Positions 39,923-49,406 of a stretch of 64,000 nt of DNA are shown piece after piece. Under the pieces are notes generated by a model that worked only from the letters and a program-made list of their open reading frames with translations, searched no databases and was not told the DNA's origin. Each line of letters opens with the position of its first letter. Position 1 is the first letter of the stretch. The position numbers and the translations under genes were made by a program. This DNA comes from Dehalococcoidia bacterium (GTDB lineage: Bacteria; Chloroflexota; Dehalococcoidia; Bin125): contig DAOUHS010000149.1 of NCBI GenBank assembly GCA_034428415.1, positions 8,990-72,989 on the forward strand, given 5' to 3'.

Positions 39923-41022
39923 CCGATTCGCCCAGCCGTCTGGATCGAATCCGTGAGCGTCTCCAACGGGCGAATGTTGACGCATTGCTCGTGACCAACG
40001 CTTACAACCGTCGCTACGCTTCCGGATTCAGCGGCTCCAACGGCTGGCTGCTGATCACTACCGACGATTCGACTCCGCCCAAACTCGCAACCGACTTCCG
40101 CTATCTCGAACAGGCCGCCCAGGAGTCGCCTGAGTTCGAAATCGTCAACATGAACGGCGGTATCGAGAAGTGCTGGGCCGGGCTGGCCAAACCGCTCGGC
40201 CGCGGACGGCTCGGATTCGAGTCGCACGACCTGACCGTTGCCGCCCACAAGCAGCTGCGGGATATCAACGCCAAGCTGCCGGCGAGTCAGCGACCGGCGC
40301 TGGTGCAAACCGACCAGATTGTTGAGCATGTGCGAGGTCAGAAAGACGAGGCGGAGGTTGTGTTGCTGCGCAAGGCGGCCCAACTCACCGACGACGCCTT
40401 CGACCATGTACGGCGAACCATGCAGCCCGGCTGGACCGAGCGCCAGGTCTCCTGGCAGATCGAACAATACGCCCGCTCCAACGGCGCCGACGGGATGGCC
40501 TTTGAATCCATCGTTGCCGCCGGACCCTGGGGCGCAAGACCCCACGCACGGCCGCGCGATGAGTCGATCTCAGAGGGTGAACCAATCGTGATCGACATGG
40601 GCGCCCGCTACAACGGCTACTGCGCCGACATGACGCGGACGTTTGTCCTCGGCGATTGCGACGACACGTTCCCCGGGATTTACGAAATCGTTCTCGCCGC
40701 TCACGAGACGGCCGCCCAGATGGTCGAGCCCGGCATGTCCGGCAAGGACGCCGACCAACTCGCCCGTCAGGTCATCACGGACGCCGGCTACGGCGATCAG
40801 TTCGGCCACGGCCTCGGACATGGCGTCGGACTGCAGATCCACGAGAAGCCCTATCTCGGCATTACGTCGAAAGACAAGCTGGAAGCCGGCATGGTCATCA
40901 CCGTCGAGCCCGGCATCTATCTGCCCGACTGGGGTGGCGTCCGGATCGAAGATATGGGTCTGCTCGACGAGGACGGGTTCCACTCGTTTACCGGCACGCC
41001 CAAGCTGCGGATGCTCGCCTAG
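39919..41022 (+). CDS. pepP: Xaa-Pro aminopeptidase (M24 family)
   Basis: M24 metal ligands (HGLGHGVGLQIHE, ...EPG...E); located between aroQ and efp as in the actinobacterial pepQ-efp arrangement. Confidence 0.85.
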   Translation: MTDSPSRLDRIRERLQRANVDALLVTNAYNRRYASGFSGSNGWLLITTDDSTPPKLATDFRYLEQAAQESPEFEIVNMNGGIEKCWAGLAKPLGRGRLGFESHDLTVAAHKQLRDINAKLPASQRPALVQTDQIVEHVRGQKDEAEVVLLRKAAQLTDDAFDHVRRTMQPGWTERQVSWQIEQYARSNGADGMAFESIVAAGPWGARPHARPRDESISEGEPIVIDMGARYNGYCADMTRTFVLGDCDDTFPGIYEIVLAAHETAAQMVEPGMSGKDADQLARQVITDAGYGDQFGHGLGHGVGLQIHEKPYLGITSKDKLEAGMVITVEPGIYLPDWGGVRIEDMGLLDEDGFHSFTGTPKLRMLA

Positions 41023-41109
41023 CCCGTCTAACCTGCGCTACAACCTCGTCCATCATCGAACACAGTCGACCAAACCCGACAGCCAACGAACCCAACTGAC
41101 AGGCAGAAG

Positions 41110-41667
41110 ATGATCTCCACCGGCGACCTCAAGCGCGGATTCGTGATCGACCTCGACGGCAACGAGTATCAGATCGTCGATTGGGAACACATCAAGGTCG
41201 GCCGAGGCTCGGCCCAGGCGCGACTCAAGCTGCGCGACATTCGCGGCGGCCACACGATCGAGCGAACCTTCCAGGCCGGCACCAAGTTCCGCCGCATTCG
41301 CACCGAGCATCACACGATGCAGTACCTCTACCGCGACGGCGACCTGCTCTACTTCATGAACACCGAAACCTACGAACAGGAACCGCTTTCGCTCGATGTC
41401 GTCGGCGATGCGGTCAACTACCTCGCCGAGAACGCCGAGGCGGAAGTCCTCATCGTCGGCGAGAATCCGGTTGCCGTTGAACTGCCAGCAGCGGTTGCGC
41501 TGCTGGTCGCCGAGTCCGACCCCGGCGTCAAGGGCGACACTGCTACCGGCGCCACCAAACCGGCCACGCTCGAGACGGGTTTGACGGTCAACGTGCCGCT
41601 CTTCATTGGACCCGGCGACACCGTGAAGGTCGACACCCGCAGCGGCCAGTACTTGGAGCGCGCCTGA
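41110..41667 (+). CDS. efp: Elongation factor P
   Basis: 185 aa; MISTGDLKRG...KVGRGSA motif with the conserved modified-loop lysine/arginine region. Confidence 0.95.
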   Translation: MISTGDLKRGFVIDLDGNEYQIVDWEHIKVGRGSAQARLKLRDIRGGHTIERTFQAGTKFRRIRTEHHTMQYLYRDGDLLYFMNTETYEQEPLSLDVVGDAVNYLAENAEAEVLIVGENPVAVELPAAVALLVAESDPGVKGDTATGATKPATLETGLTVNVPLFIGPGDTVKVDTRSGQYLERA

Positions 41668-41692
41668 CCCGCCCCTTCCTCTCCATCTGATC

Positions 41693-41713
41693 CCCTCTCC
41701 CTCTAGGAGAGGG
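41693..41713 (+). promoter_or_regulatory. Perfect 8-bp hairpin (CCCTCTCC-CTCTA-GGAGAGGG) between efp and xseA that contains the xseA Shine-Dalgarno
   Basis: Read directly from the sequence. The 3' arm GGAGAGGG is the only SD-like element for the GTG start at 41719. No U-tract follows. Confidence 0.4.
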
Positions 41714-41718
41714 CTAGG

Positions 41719-43065
41719 GTGAGAGCAGATCGACTCATGCCCAAGCGACCACCAACCGGCTTCAACGTCCGCCGCGCTCAGCAGAGCCGAATCGACTGGG
41801 ACAATCCGCCGGCCCAGCCCTACGAGCCGGCCCGGCCCACGCCCCAGTCCCGACCCGTCGGCGAAGTCGCCCGACACATCCGCACGCAACTCAAAGCCGA
41901 TCCGCAGCTCAACGACGTCTGGATCGAGGGCGAGGTCCGCAGCTTCAGCCGTTCCGGCGCAGGCCACTACTACTTCGATCTCGCCGACGCCCAGAAAACC
42001 GGCAAGACCGACGCCGCGCTCGCCTGCGCCTTCTTCCGCCGAGAGAATCGTGGCATGCCAGTGCAGCAGGGCGATCACGTGCTCGTCCACGGCAGCGCCG
42101 ACCTTTATCTCGCCCGAGGCGCGCTCCAGATCATCGTCGACGACCTCCGACCGATAGGCGAAGGCGTCCTGCAAGCCGAGTTCGAGCGCCTCTTCCGCAA
42201 TCTCAAAGAGGAAGGCCTGTTCAATCCCGAACGCAAGCGTCCCTTGCCTCCATACCCCCGACGGATCGGTGTCGTGACTTCACCGAGCGGCGCGGTCTGG
42301 CACGACATCCAGCAGGTCCTGACGCGGCGCTGGCCGTTGACTGCCCTTGTCCTCTCGCCTTGCCTCACCCAGGGCGCCGGCGCGGCCGAGTCCATTGCCA
42401 AAGGCATCCAACGGCTGAACCTCCTCACGGTCGACGAGCCCGACCTGATCATCGTTGCCCGCGGTGGCGGTTCGCCCGAGGACCTCTGGGCCTATAACGA
42501 AGAACCGGTCGCTCGTGCCATCTTCGCTAGCGACATCGCCGTCATCTCCGCCGTCGGACACGAAACCGACGTCACCATCGCCGACCATGTTGCCGACCGC
42601 CGCGCGCCGACCCCCTCCGCCGCCGCCGAAATCTCCGTCCCCGACCGCGCTGAGGAAGCCGCCCGCGTCGCCGGACTGCGCCAGGCCGGCGACCAGCAGA
42701 TCGACGACCGGGTCGTGGAACTCTCCCAGCGCGCCCTGCTCAACCGCGAACGTCTCGAGCGATCCGCGCCCCACCCTCCGACCATGCGCGTTGAACTCAA
42801 CCGCCAACGACGGGACCTCGATCAGGCGATCGAACGTCAACTCGCTCTACTCAAGGCTCACCAGGCCGCCGATGCCTCCCGGCTCAAGGCGCTCAACCCG
42901 CTCGGCACGCTGCAACGCGGCTACGCGATCGTCTCCGACCTCAGCGGCACAGTCCTCACCTCAGCGGCCGTATTGAGCGACAATCAGGACATCGCCATCC
43001 AGTTCGCCGACGGCAAGGTCGCCGCCAGAACCACACCGGATGAGGAGCCGTCAAGTGCCCGATGA
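41719..43065 (+). CDS. xseA: Exodeoxyribonuclease VII large subunit
   Basis: OB-fold N-terminus (VWIEGEVRSF...GHYYFDL) and the ExoVII catalytic region; GTG start preceded by GGAGAGGG. Confidence 0.9.
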   Translation: MRADRLMPKRPPTGFNVRRAQQSRIDWDNPPAQPYEPARPTPQSRPVGEVARHIRTQLKADPQLNDVWIEGEVRSFSRSGAGHYYFDLADAQKTGKTDAALACAFFRRENRGMPVQQGDHVLVHGSADLYLARGALQIIVDDLRPIGEGVLQAEFERLFRNLKEEGLFNPERKRPLPPYPRRIGVVTSPSGAVWHDIQQVLTRRWPLTALVLSPCLTQGAGAAESIAKGIQRLNLLTVDEPDLIIVARGGGSPEDLWAYNEEPVARAIFASDIAVISAVGHETDVTIADHVADRRAPTPSAAAEISVPDRAEEAARVAGLRQAGDQQIDDRVVELSQRALLNRERLERSAPHPPTMRVELNRQRRDLDQAIERQLALLKAHQAADASRLKALNPLGTLQRGYAIVSDLSGTVLTSAAVLSDNQDIAIQFADGKVAARTTPDEEPSSAR

Positions 43066-43252
43066 GCCCGAACCTTCTTACGAAGAAATCGTCGAGGCGC
43101 TCGAAACCGTCCTCACCGAGCTGGAAGACGGCGGACTCTCGCTCGACCAGGCGCTCGACGCCTATGAGCGCGGAGTCGCCCTCAGCGAACAGGCGCAGAA
43201 GCTCCTCGCCGAAGCCGAACTCCGCATCGACACCCTCCGCAGCGAACCCTGA
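43040..43252 (+). CDS. xseB: Exodeoxyribonuclease VII small subunit
   Basis: 70-aa helical protein (SYEEIVEALETVLTELEDGGLSLDQAL); overlaps the xseA 3' end. Confidence 0.9.
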   Translation: MRSRQVPDEPEPSYEEIVEALETVLTELEDGGLSLDQALDAYERGVALSEQAQKLLAEAELRIDTLRSEP

Positions 43253-43562
43253 ACCCTATCCTCCCCCCCTTGTGAGGGGAAGATGTCACGAAGTTACAGT
43301 TAGGGTCCGACTTCCGCCAATCACCAATCAACAAAACGTCAGTGCGTATTTGATGGTAGGACCGGACACCGAAAGGAAACCCAGGGGAACCCGTAATGAC
43401 TAGCCCCCACATCCGGATTGTTCCAGAGATGCTCGGATTGACCCGGAAAAACACTCCCGTTTCCAAGACAAAACTGGACAGTCTTCGTAAGAGTTGTCAG
43501 CCCAGAACAGCACATTCTCCTCTTTCCACCGCATTTTCCCCGCACTACCCGGGCGAACGCCA

Positions 43563-44342
43563 ATGACACTCCGCATCGCCTGGTTCGCCACCGCCAGAGG
43601 CACAGGCTCGCGTTTGCTGCTCAACGCCGCCCTCGACGCGATCCGCGAAGGTCGGCTCGATGCCGAAATCGCCTGCGTTGTCTGCAACCGCCAGCGGGGA
43701 CAGTCGCCCAACACCGACGCCTTCCTCGACGATGTGGACAAGGCCGGACTCCCACTGATCGCCGATAGCTCAGGCGAATGGAGGAAGCGGGTTAGGGGGG
43801 AAATCTCGGATCCAGCCGCTGGACTCGCTCCTTGGCGGCAGGAGTTCGACCGACATCTGTACGAGCGGATGCAGGCACACGCGCCCGACCTCGGCATGCT
43901 TGCCGGATACATGCTGATCGTCACGGATGTCATCTGCGACAACCTGCCCTGCCTCAACCTTCACCCAGCCCTGCCCGACGGCCCGATCGGAACCTGGCAG
44001 CAGGTCATCCATGACCTCATCCGAGAGCAGGCCGAACGTTCGGGCATGGTCCTCCAGCGGGTCACAACCGAACTCGACCGAGGCCCAACAGTCACCTGGG
44101 CCCAGTATCCGATCCGCGGACCCAAGTTCGACCCCCTCTGGGCCGCCCATGAAGGCGACTCTGAATCGGAAACCCCTCTGTTCCATGCAATCCGCGAGGC
44201 GGGCGCCAGCCGCGAGCCGGCATTTGTTCTGCAGTCACTTCAGGCCATCGCCGGCGGGACAGTGCACATCCTTGGACCCGGTACCCCCAGCGCAGGAACC
44301 GAGATCACGGATCAGCTCGAGCGGGCAATGAAGCTCGAGTAG
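43563..44342 (+). CDS. Formyltransferase-family protein (PurN-like) with an internal insertion
   Basis: Aligns to PurN: WFATARGTGS vs ISGNGSNL, PDLGMLAGYM vs PDVVVLAGFM, LNLHPALP vs LNIHPSLLP (Asn and His retained), VTTELDRGP vs VTDELDGGP (Asp retained). Has a ~30-aa insertion and ~45 extra C-terminal residues. Start taken at the internal Met (MTLRIAWF). Confidence 0.7.
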   Translation: MTLRIAWFATARGTGSRLLLNAALDAIREGRLDAEIACVVCNRQRGQSPNTDAFLDDVDKAGLPLIADSSGEWRKRVRGEISDPAAGLAPWRQEFDRHLYERMQAHAPDLGMLAGYMLIVTDVICDNLPCLNLHPALPDGPIGTWQQVIHDLIREQAERSGMVLQRVTTELDRGPTVTWAQYPIRGPKFDPLWAAHEGDSESETPLFHAIREAGASREPAFVLQSLQAIAGGTVHILGPGTPSAGTEITDQLERAMKLE

Positions 44343-44420
44343 GCTGTGTAGACGTTATGTAAAGTTGATCGTGTGCACAAACTGTTCACGCGCTTAGTCC
44401 AATAACTATATGATTTCCGT

Positions 44421-44705
44421 ATGTCTGACCCCGAGCCTCCCGTGCTCACACCCACAATCATTGATCCTCGCCCGAGCGCCCTCATGCCGGCGATCCGCGA
44501 GGACCTGGCCCCCTTCCTCCCGGCCCTGCGCAGCGCAGCCGGGCTGATCGCCGCCGCGGCAGTCGCCGAGTTCGCCGCTCGTTATGCTGCACCAGCGGTG
44601 ATCGATACCGCGCGGCAGATCATCGCCTCGGCGCCGCAGCACAAGCAGACGATTCTCGTTGAAGAGCAGACCACCGTTCGGCGCAAGGTCACGGTCGTTT
44701 CTTGA
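44421..44705 (+). CDS. Hypothetical small Ala/Pro-rich protein (94 aa); coding status uncertain
   Basis: ORF with high-GC third positions, preceded by an AT-rich spacer; no recognisable domain. Confidence 0.3.
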   Translation: MSDPEPPVLTPTIIDPRPSALMPAIREDLAPFLPALRSAAGLIAAAAVAEFAARYAAPAVIDTARQIIASAPQHKQTILVEEQTTVRRKVTVVS

Positions 44706-47052
44706 CCTGCTGGCCGCCATCTCTCTCGCCGCAATATCGATCTTCATTGTCAACGCCGTTCACCCTCTCTCGGCCGCTCACAGTCCCAGGCTCTTGATCA
44801 GCGAGGTCTACCCGGCCATCGTCCCGTCTGACTCCTCGATCGAATCCAATGAGTGGATCGAGATACACAACCCGGAGCCTCACGCCGTCGACCTCAGCGG
44901 ATGGACAATCGAGGACTCACAAGCCATTTCACTCCTGCCCGAATTCGTTCTTCCCGCCGATGCGACAGTCGTGATCGTCGGCCGTTCGGCGAACGTTGCC
45001 GTTCCGCCGGGGAAAGCCCTGATCATCCTGAGTAACCGACACATCGGCAATGGTTTACGGAACGCTGGCGACCGCGTTGCCCTGGTCGACCCGTACGGTG
45101 TCCGTTCCGACGCCATGAGCTGGGGCGACGTGAGGATCCCCCGGCACAGCGAGCCGCCCGAACCTGGCCAATCGATCACTCGCACGCCGGGTGGAGGCCA
45201 GTACCTTTCGGATCGACCGACGCCATGGTCGATCGATGGGACCGTTGACGCCTCGAGCAAGCGCTATACACATCCGCTTCCAGATACCAAGGTGCGCATC
45301 ATCTCGGCGCGTCTCGACCAGACCGAGGATCAACCGGAGTCCGTCACCATCCGCAACATCTCCCACGAGTCGCTGCTCACCGTCAACTGGCGTCTCACGG
45401 TGGGATCATCCTCCGTTCGAGTTCGCTCCGTACGGATCAATCCCGGGGAGACGTTCACGATCTTCGAGCCCGACGGCCGACTTGGGTCGGGACTCAATCG
45501 AAGGGGAGGGTACTTCGTTCTGCGAGACGCCAACGGGAACTGGCTGTCGACGGCGAGTTGGGGCCAGGACGTGACATTCCACCGCTTGACCCCACCGGCC
45601 GAGGGCGAGGAACTCAGTTTCAACCCTCTCGCTCGCGTGCATCCCAGGGTGCCCTGGCATCGTCGATTTGACGGCGCGAACCACTTGATCGTTGGTCATC
45701 AGGGACCGCGACATACCCTCCAGGCTGATGCCGTCTCGCACTCGAAAACCCGCGAGCAGAGTCTCGCTCTCACAGCTCAACAATCAGAGCGCGAGATCGT
45801 ATGGATTAGCGAAGTCCATCCTGCTCCCGGCCAAGGACGGAATGACGCTGCCTACGAGTGGTTCGAGATCACCAATTCAAGTGACATTGCCGTCAATCTC
45901 TCCGGTTGGACCGTTGCCGATAATCGGTCTTCAGACCTGTTTGAAGAACTCGTAATCCCGCCCCGTTCTTCAGTAGTGGTCGGGGTCTCGCAAGAGGCCG
46001 GCCCTGAAATTTTGCCGATCATCCGCGATGGCCGGATCGGCAACGGTCTTGCGAACGCTGGAGATCGGCTGACGCTGATCAACCCGGCGGGCGAAGTCAT
46101 GAGCGCAATCAGTTGGGGTAACGATCGCACCCATGCCAACGTCAGAGCGCCGAAATCCGAGGAGTCCATTCACCGATCCTCTCCGACTGCAGAGCCGACA
46201 ATCTCAGCACCCTCCGCCGGCCACATTGAGATATCGGCGGCGCCGGACTCGAGCACGGTTGGCGGCCGACAAGCATCTGGAAGCGAAGTTCAGTCCTCAG
46301 CCGAAGCCTCCCAGACTACACCGGCCCGATCCGCACCTAGCCCGCTTGCTCAAGTGAAACTACCTTCGTTGCGCATCACCGAGTTGTTGCCTGCCCCATT
46401 GCCCGGAGAGGCAGAGTGGGTGGAGATCTTCAATCCCACCGATGAGCCGGTTGACCTTTCCGGCTGGACGATCGGCGATCAGGCGCGCCGCACGCCGCTG
46501 ATCGGCGTCATTCCACCGCGCTCTTATCTGCTCATCGCAAATCTTGACCTTCGGAGTCCAACGCCGGCCTTGATTGTCGATCGGATCGGCAACGGCCTGA
46601 ACAACGACGCAGACACGATCAGTCTTCACGATCCGGATGGCGAAGCCCGATCTACGATCAGCTACGGCACCAGGGATGTCCCCACGCCCGGACCGGGGCT
46701 ATCTATCGCGTTGGATCCCGAGCGGTGGGTTGTGACCGCCGTTGCCTCACCAGGGTCAGAGGAGGTCACACCATTATTGGATGATGCGTTTCGCTCGCCA
46801 AGTGTGCAACCTGCTGCTCCGGAAGGGGAGCGACTCCCCATTGTCTCCGAACCGCCGAAGCAAGGTCTCAATGCCTGGATGATTGTCAGCTTCGCACTGA
46901 TCGGCGTCATCCTGACGCTGATCCTCAGGCGCTGGCAACCCGAACCGCTGCCGTCCCAGGACGCCGTCAGCGGCGCGCAATATTCCGGACCACTGCCAGC
47001 AACGTCGGAAGAACACGAGCGCGAGCCCAACGGAGAAAATCAGCGTGAATGA
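44659..47052 (+). CDS. Secreted, C-terminally membrane-anchored protein with four lamin-tail domains (LTDs; three canonical, one degenerate)
   Basis: TTG start. Signal-peptide-like N-terminus (KSRPPFGARSR followed by the hydrophobic core FLDLLAAISLAAISIFIV). Repeated LTD signatures: LLISEVYP...EWIEIHNPEPHAVDLSGWTIED, IVWISEVHPAPG...EWFEITNSSDIAVNLSGWTVAD, LRITELLPAPLPGEAEWVEIFNPTDEPVDLSGWTIGD, plus a degenerate copy (VRIISARLD...NWRLTVGS...FVLRDANGNWLSTASWG). A Ser/Ala/Pro-rich linker, then a C-terminal TM helix (AWMIVSFALIGVILTLILRRW) and a short acidic tail. Confidence 0.75.
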   Translation: MKSRPPFGARSRSFLDLLAAISLAAISIFIVNAVHPLSAAHSPRLLISEVYPAIVPSDSSIESNEWIEIHNPEPHAVDLSGWTIEDSQAISLLPEFVLPADATVVIVGRSANVAVPPGKALIILSNRHIGNGLRNAGDRVALVDPYGVRSDAMSWGDVRIPRHSEPPEPGQSITRTPGGGQYLSDRPTPWSIDGTVDASSKRYTHPLPDTKVRIISARLDQTEDQPESVTIRNISHESLLTVNWRLTVGSSSVRVRSVRINPGETFTIFEPDGRLGSGLNRRGGYFVLRDANGNWLSTASWGQDVTFHRLTPPAEGEELSFNPLARVHPRVPWHRRFDGANHLIVGHQGPRHTLQADAVSHSKTREQSLALTAQQSEREIVWISEVHPAPGQGRNDAAYEWFEITNSSDIAVNLSGWTVADNRSSDLFEELVIPPRSSVVVGVSQEAGPEILPIIRDGRIGNGLANAGDRLTLINPAGEVMSAISWGNDRTHANVRAPKSEESIHRSSPTAEPTISAPSAGHIEISAAPDSSTVGGRQASGSEVQSSAEASQTTPARSAPSPLAQVKLPSLRITELLPAPLPGEAEWVEIFNPTDEPVDLSGWTIGDQARRTPLIGVIPPRSYLLIANLDLRSPTPALIVDRIGNGLNNDADTISLHDPDGEARSTISYGTRDVPTPGPGLSIALDPERWVVTAVASPGSEEVTPLLDDAFRSPSVQPAAPEGERLPIVSEPPKQGLNAWMIVSFALIGVILTLILRRWQPEPLPSQDAVSGAQYSGPLPATSEEHEREPNGENQRE

Positions 47053-47828
47053 TTGACGCCGACTGTGTCCGCATCGCCGTCGCCATCGCCAGGAGCGGCC
47101 TCGCTTCGAGGCGCAGCGCGGAGACCCTTGTACGCGAGCGGCGCGTCGCGGTTGACGGGCAGGTGGCAACCGACCTCTCCTTGCGGGTGAATCCGAAGTC
47201 ACACCAGATACTCGTGGACGGCGCCCCGCTGCCGAGAACGGAACCGCTGCGCTACTACGCGCTCAACAAGCCTCGCAACGTGCTCTCGACCGCACGAGAT
47301 GATCGCGGGCGTCGAACCGTCGTGGACTTTCTACCAAAGAATGCTCCGCGCTGCGTACCGGTAGGTCGTCTCGACCTGCACAGCGAAGGCCTAGTCCTGC
47401 TCTGCAACGACGGACCGTTGATCAGCCGTCTGTTGCATCCTTCCTCCGAGGTGCAACGCGTCTATCTGACCGAAGTGATTGGCACCCCTTCAGACGAGTC
47501 GTTGGATGTGGTGCATTCGGGAATCGAGGACGCGGGCGAGCTGCTGCGAGCCAAGCCCGCTCGCTCACACAGACCTGGTAGGACGATCCGCGATCGTCGA
47601 TCCACCTCGTGGTTGACGCTAACCCTGCACACAGGACGCAAGCGCGAGGTACGGCGGCTCTGCGACGCGATAGGCCATCCCGTCGTCACCCTCCGCCGCG
47701 TGCGCTTCGGCCCGCTGCTTCTGCGCGACCTCGAACTCGGCGTTGCGCGCCCCTTGAGTCGTCGTGAAGTTCGCTTGTTGCGACGCGCCGCGGGGCTGCT
47801 GGACAGCTCGGCGCGCGCTGAGCCATAG
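47049..47828 (+). CDS. rluB: 23S rRNA pseudouridine synthase (RsuA/RluB family)
   Basis: S4 domain N-terminus and the PseudoU_synth_2 catalytic motif PVGRLDLHSEGLVLL. Confidence 0.85.
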   Translation: MIDADCVRIAVAIARSGLASRRSAETLVRERRVAVDGQVATDLSLRVNPKSHQILVDGAPLPRTEPLRYYALNKPRNVLSTARDDRGRRTVVDFLPKNAPRCVPVGRLDLHSEGLVLLCNDGPLISRLLHPSSEVQRVYLTEVIGTPSDESLDVVHSGIEDAGELLRAKPARSHRPGRTIRDRRSTSWLTLTLHTGRKREVRRLCDAIGHPVVTLRRVRFGPLLLRDLELGVARPLSRREVRLLRRAAGLLDSSARAEP

Positions 47829-47852
47829 CCTGCGCGCCACTACCATTGCTAT

Positions 47853-48587
47853 ATGACAAATGCGGCCGATAGAAGTTGCAAGCAGCTCGTCGTCGCAATC
47901 GATGGGCCCGTGGCATCGGGCAAGACCACGGTAGGTCGTGAGTTGGCGAAACGGTTCGGCTGGCGGCTGTTTGACACCGGCATCATGTACCGCGCAGCTA
48001 CCTGGCAGGCCCAACGCCGTGGTGTTCATCTGGACGAAGACGAGACCGTGACCGAACTCATACGCGATTCTGAGTTCCGCCTGTGGCCCGGCGCATCAGG
48101 CGATTCGGTGGAACTGGACGTGTACGTCGACGGCGACAATGCCACGCCTCATCTCCGCGACGCCGCTGTCGAATCCGGGGTTCCGACCGTGGCCGCGATC
48201 GCGGGCGTGCGCACTGTGATGGTCGAGATTCAACAGACACAGGCGGCCGAGGGTTGCATGATCGTCGTCGGACGTGACATTGGCACGGTCGTTCTGCCCG
48301 ACGCGCCCGTCAAGATTTTCCTCGATGCAAGCCAAGAGGTACGTGCGCGCCGACGAGCCGACGAACAGGCCAACGGCGCTGATCAGGCCAGCGTACTCAG
48401 AGCGACTCGACGCCGAGACGCCCGCGATAGCGGCAGGCGCACCTCGCCGCTCGTGGTCGCCGCGGACGCGATCTTCCTCGACACCTCTGAATTGTCGCTG
48501 AACCAGTCGGTCGAGGCAGCGGCGACGATCATCCTCGATCGACTGCCGGACCTTGCACGTGACGCCGCGGCGTCAGAGAAAGGCTGA
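47853..48587 (+). CDS. cmk: Cytidylate kinase
   Basis: P-loop IDGPVASGKTTV and a Cmk NMP-binding region. Confidence 0.9.
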   Translation: MTNAADRSCKQLVVAIDGPVASGKTTVGRELAKRFGWRLFDTGIMYRAATWQAQRRGVHLDEDETVTELIRDSEFRLWPGASGDSVELDVYVDGDNATPHLRDAAVESGVPTVAAIAGVRTVMVEIQQTQAAEGCMIVVGRDIGTVVLPDAPVKIFLDASQEVRARRRADEQANGADQASVLRATRRRDARDSGRRTSPLVVAADAIFLDTSELSLNQSVEAAATIILDRLPDLARDAAASEKG

Positions 48588-48590
48588 TGA

Positions 48591-49406
48591 ATGCGGCGTC
48601 GAGCCTACCGCTGGATCACCCGCCAGCTGACACGATTGATGTTCGGCGAGTACAAGGCACTGGCCAACATCGGCATGTCGGGAATGCCCAACGCTTCCCG
48701 AGTCTGGTTCCTCGTCGCCGGTTTCTTCGCCAGGCTGGCGTTCATGCGAATCGTTCAATGTGAGTGGATTCACTTCGACCGTGTTCCCAAAGGCGGCGTG
48801 ATCATTGCCTCGAACCATGTCTCCTCTGCCGATCCGGCAATGGTGGCCTCCGCCACCTATCCGCGCTCACCCAGATACATGGCAAAGGTCGAGCTGTTTC
48901 AGAAGGAACCGATCCTCGGCTATCTCTTCGCGCTGTCCGGGGCGTTCCCGGTCCGTCGCGGTGCCGGCGACCGACTCGCGATCCGCGAGGCCGAGCGCCT
49001 GCTACGTGAAGGCGCGATCGTCGGCATGTTCCCGGAAGGCCACCGCTCCGACACAGGAGCGCTGATGCACGCCCATTCTGGCACCGCGCTCCTGGCGCTG
49101 CGGACTGAGGCGCCCGTTGTCGCCGTCGGCATCACAGGATCGGAACGCATGAGAGCCGGCTGGCGCGCACTGGTCGCCAGGACCAAGGTCCGCATGATCG
49201 CATCCCGGCCATTCGTGGTCAAGCCCAAAGGTCGTAGGATTACGCGCGAGGATGTAGAGGAAGCACACAAGACCATCATGCGTGCCATTGCCGAACAGCT
49301 ACCCCCCGCCTATCGTGGCGTGTATGCACACTTGGTCGACAACGACGCCGACCGAGATCGGGACTCCGAGCGGTCCCGCAGCGACAGACCAGGAGCAGCA
49401 GCATGA
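48591..49406 (+). CDS. plsC: 1-acyl-sn-glycerol-3-phosphate acyltransferase
   Basis: HxxxxD acyltransferase motif (NHVSSAD) and FPEG motif. Confidence 0.85.
   Translation: MRRRAYRWITRQLTRLMFGEYKALANIGMSGMPNASRVWFLVAGFFARLAFMRIVQCEWIHFDRVPKGGVIIASNHVSSADPAMVASATYPRSPRYMAKVELFQKEPILGYLFALSGAFPVRRGAGDRLAIREAERLLREGAIVGMFPEGHRSDTGALMHAHSGTALLALRTEAPVVAVGITGSERMRAGWRALVARTKVRMIASRPFVVKPKGRRITREDVEEAHKTIMRAIAEQLPPAYRGVYAHLVDNDADRDRDSERSRSDRPGAAA

Noticed and set aside
44343-44420. Near-palindrome GTGCACA-AAC-TGTTCAC upstream of the 94-aa ORF as an operator
   Set aside because: It is imperfect (1 mismatch), is a single occurrence, and the downstream ORF is itself doubtful. It is noted in the accessory-block finding rather than called a feature.
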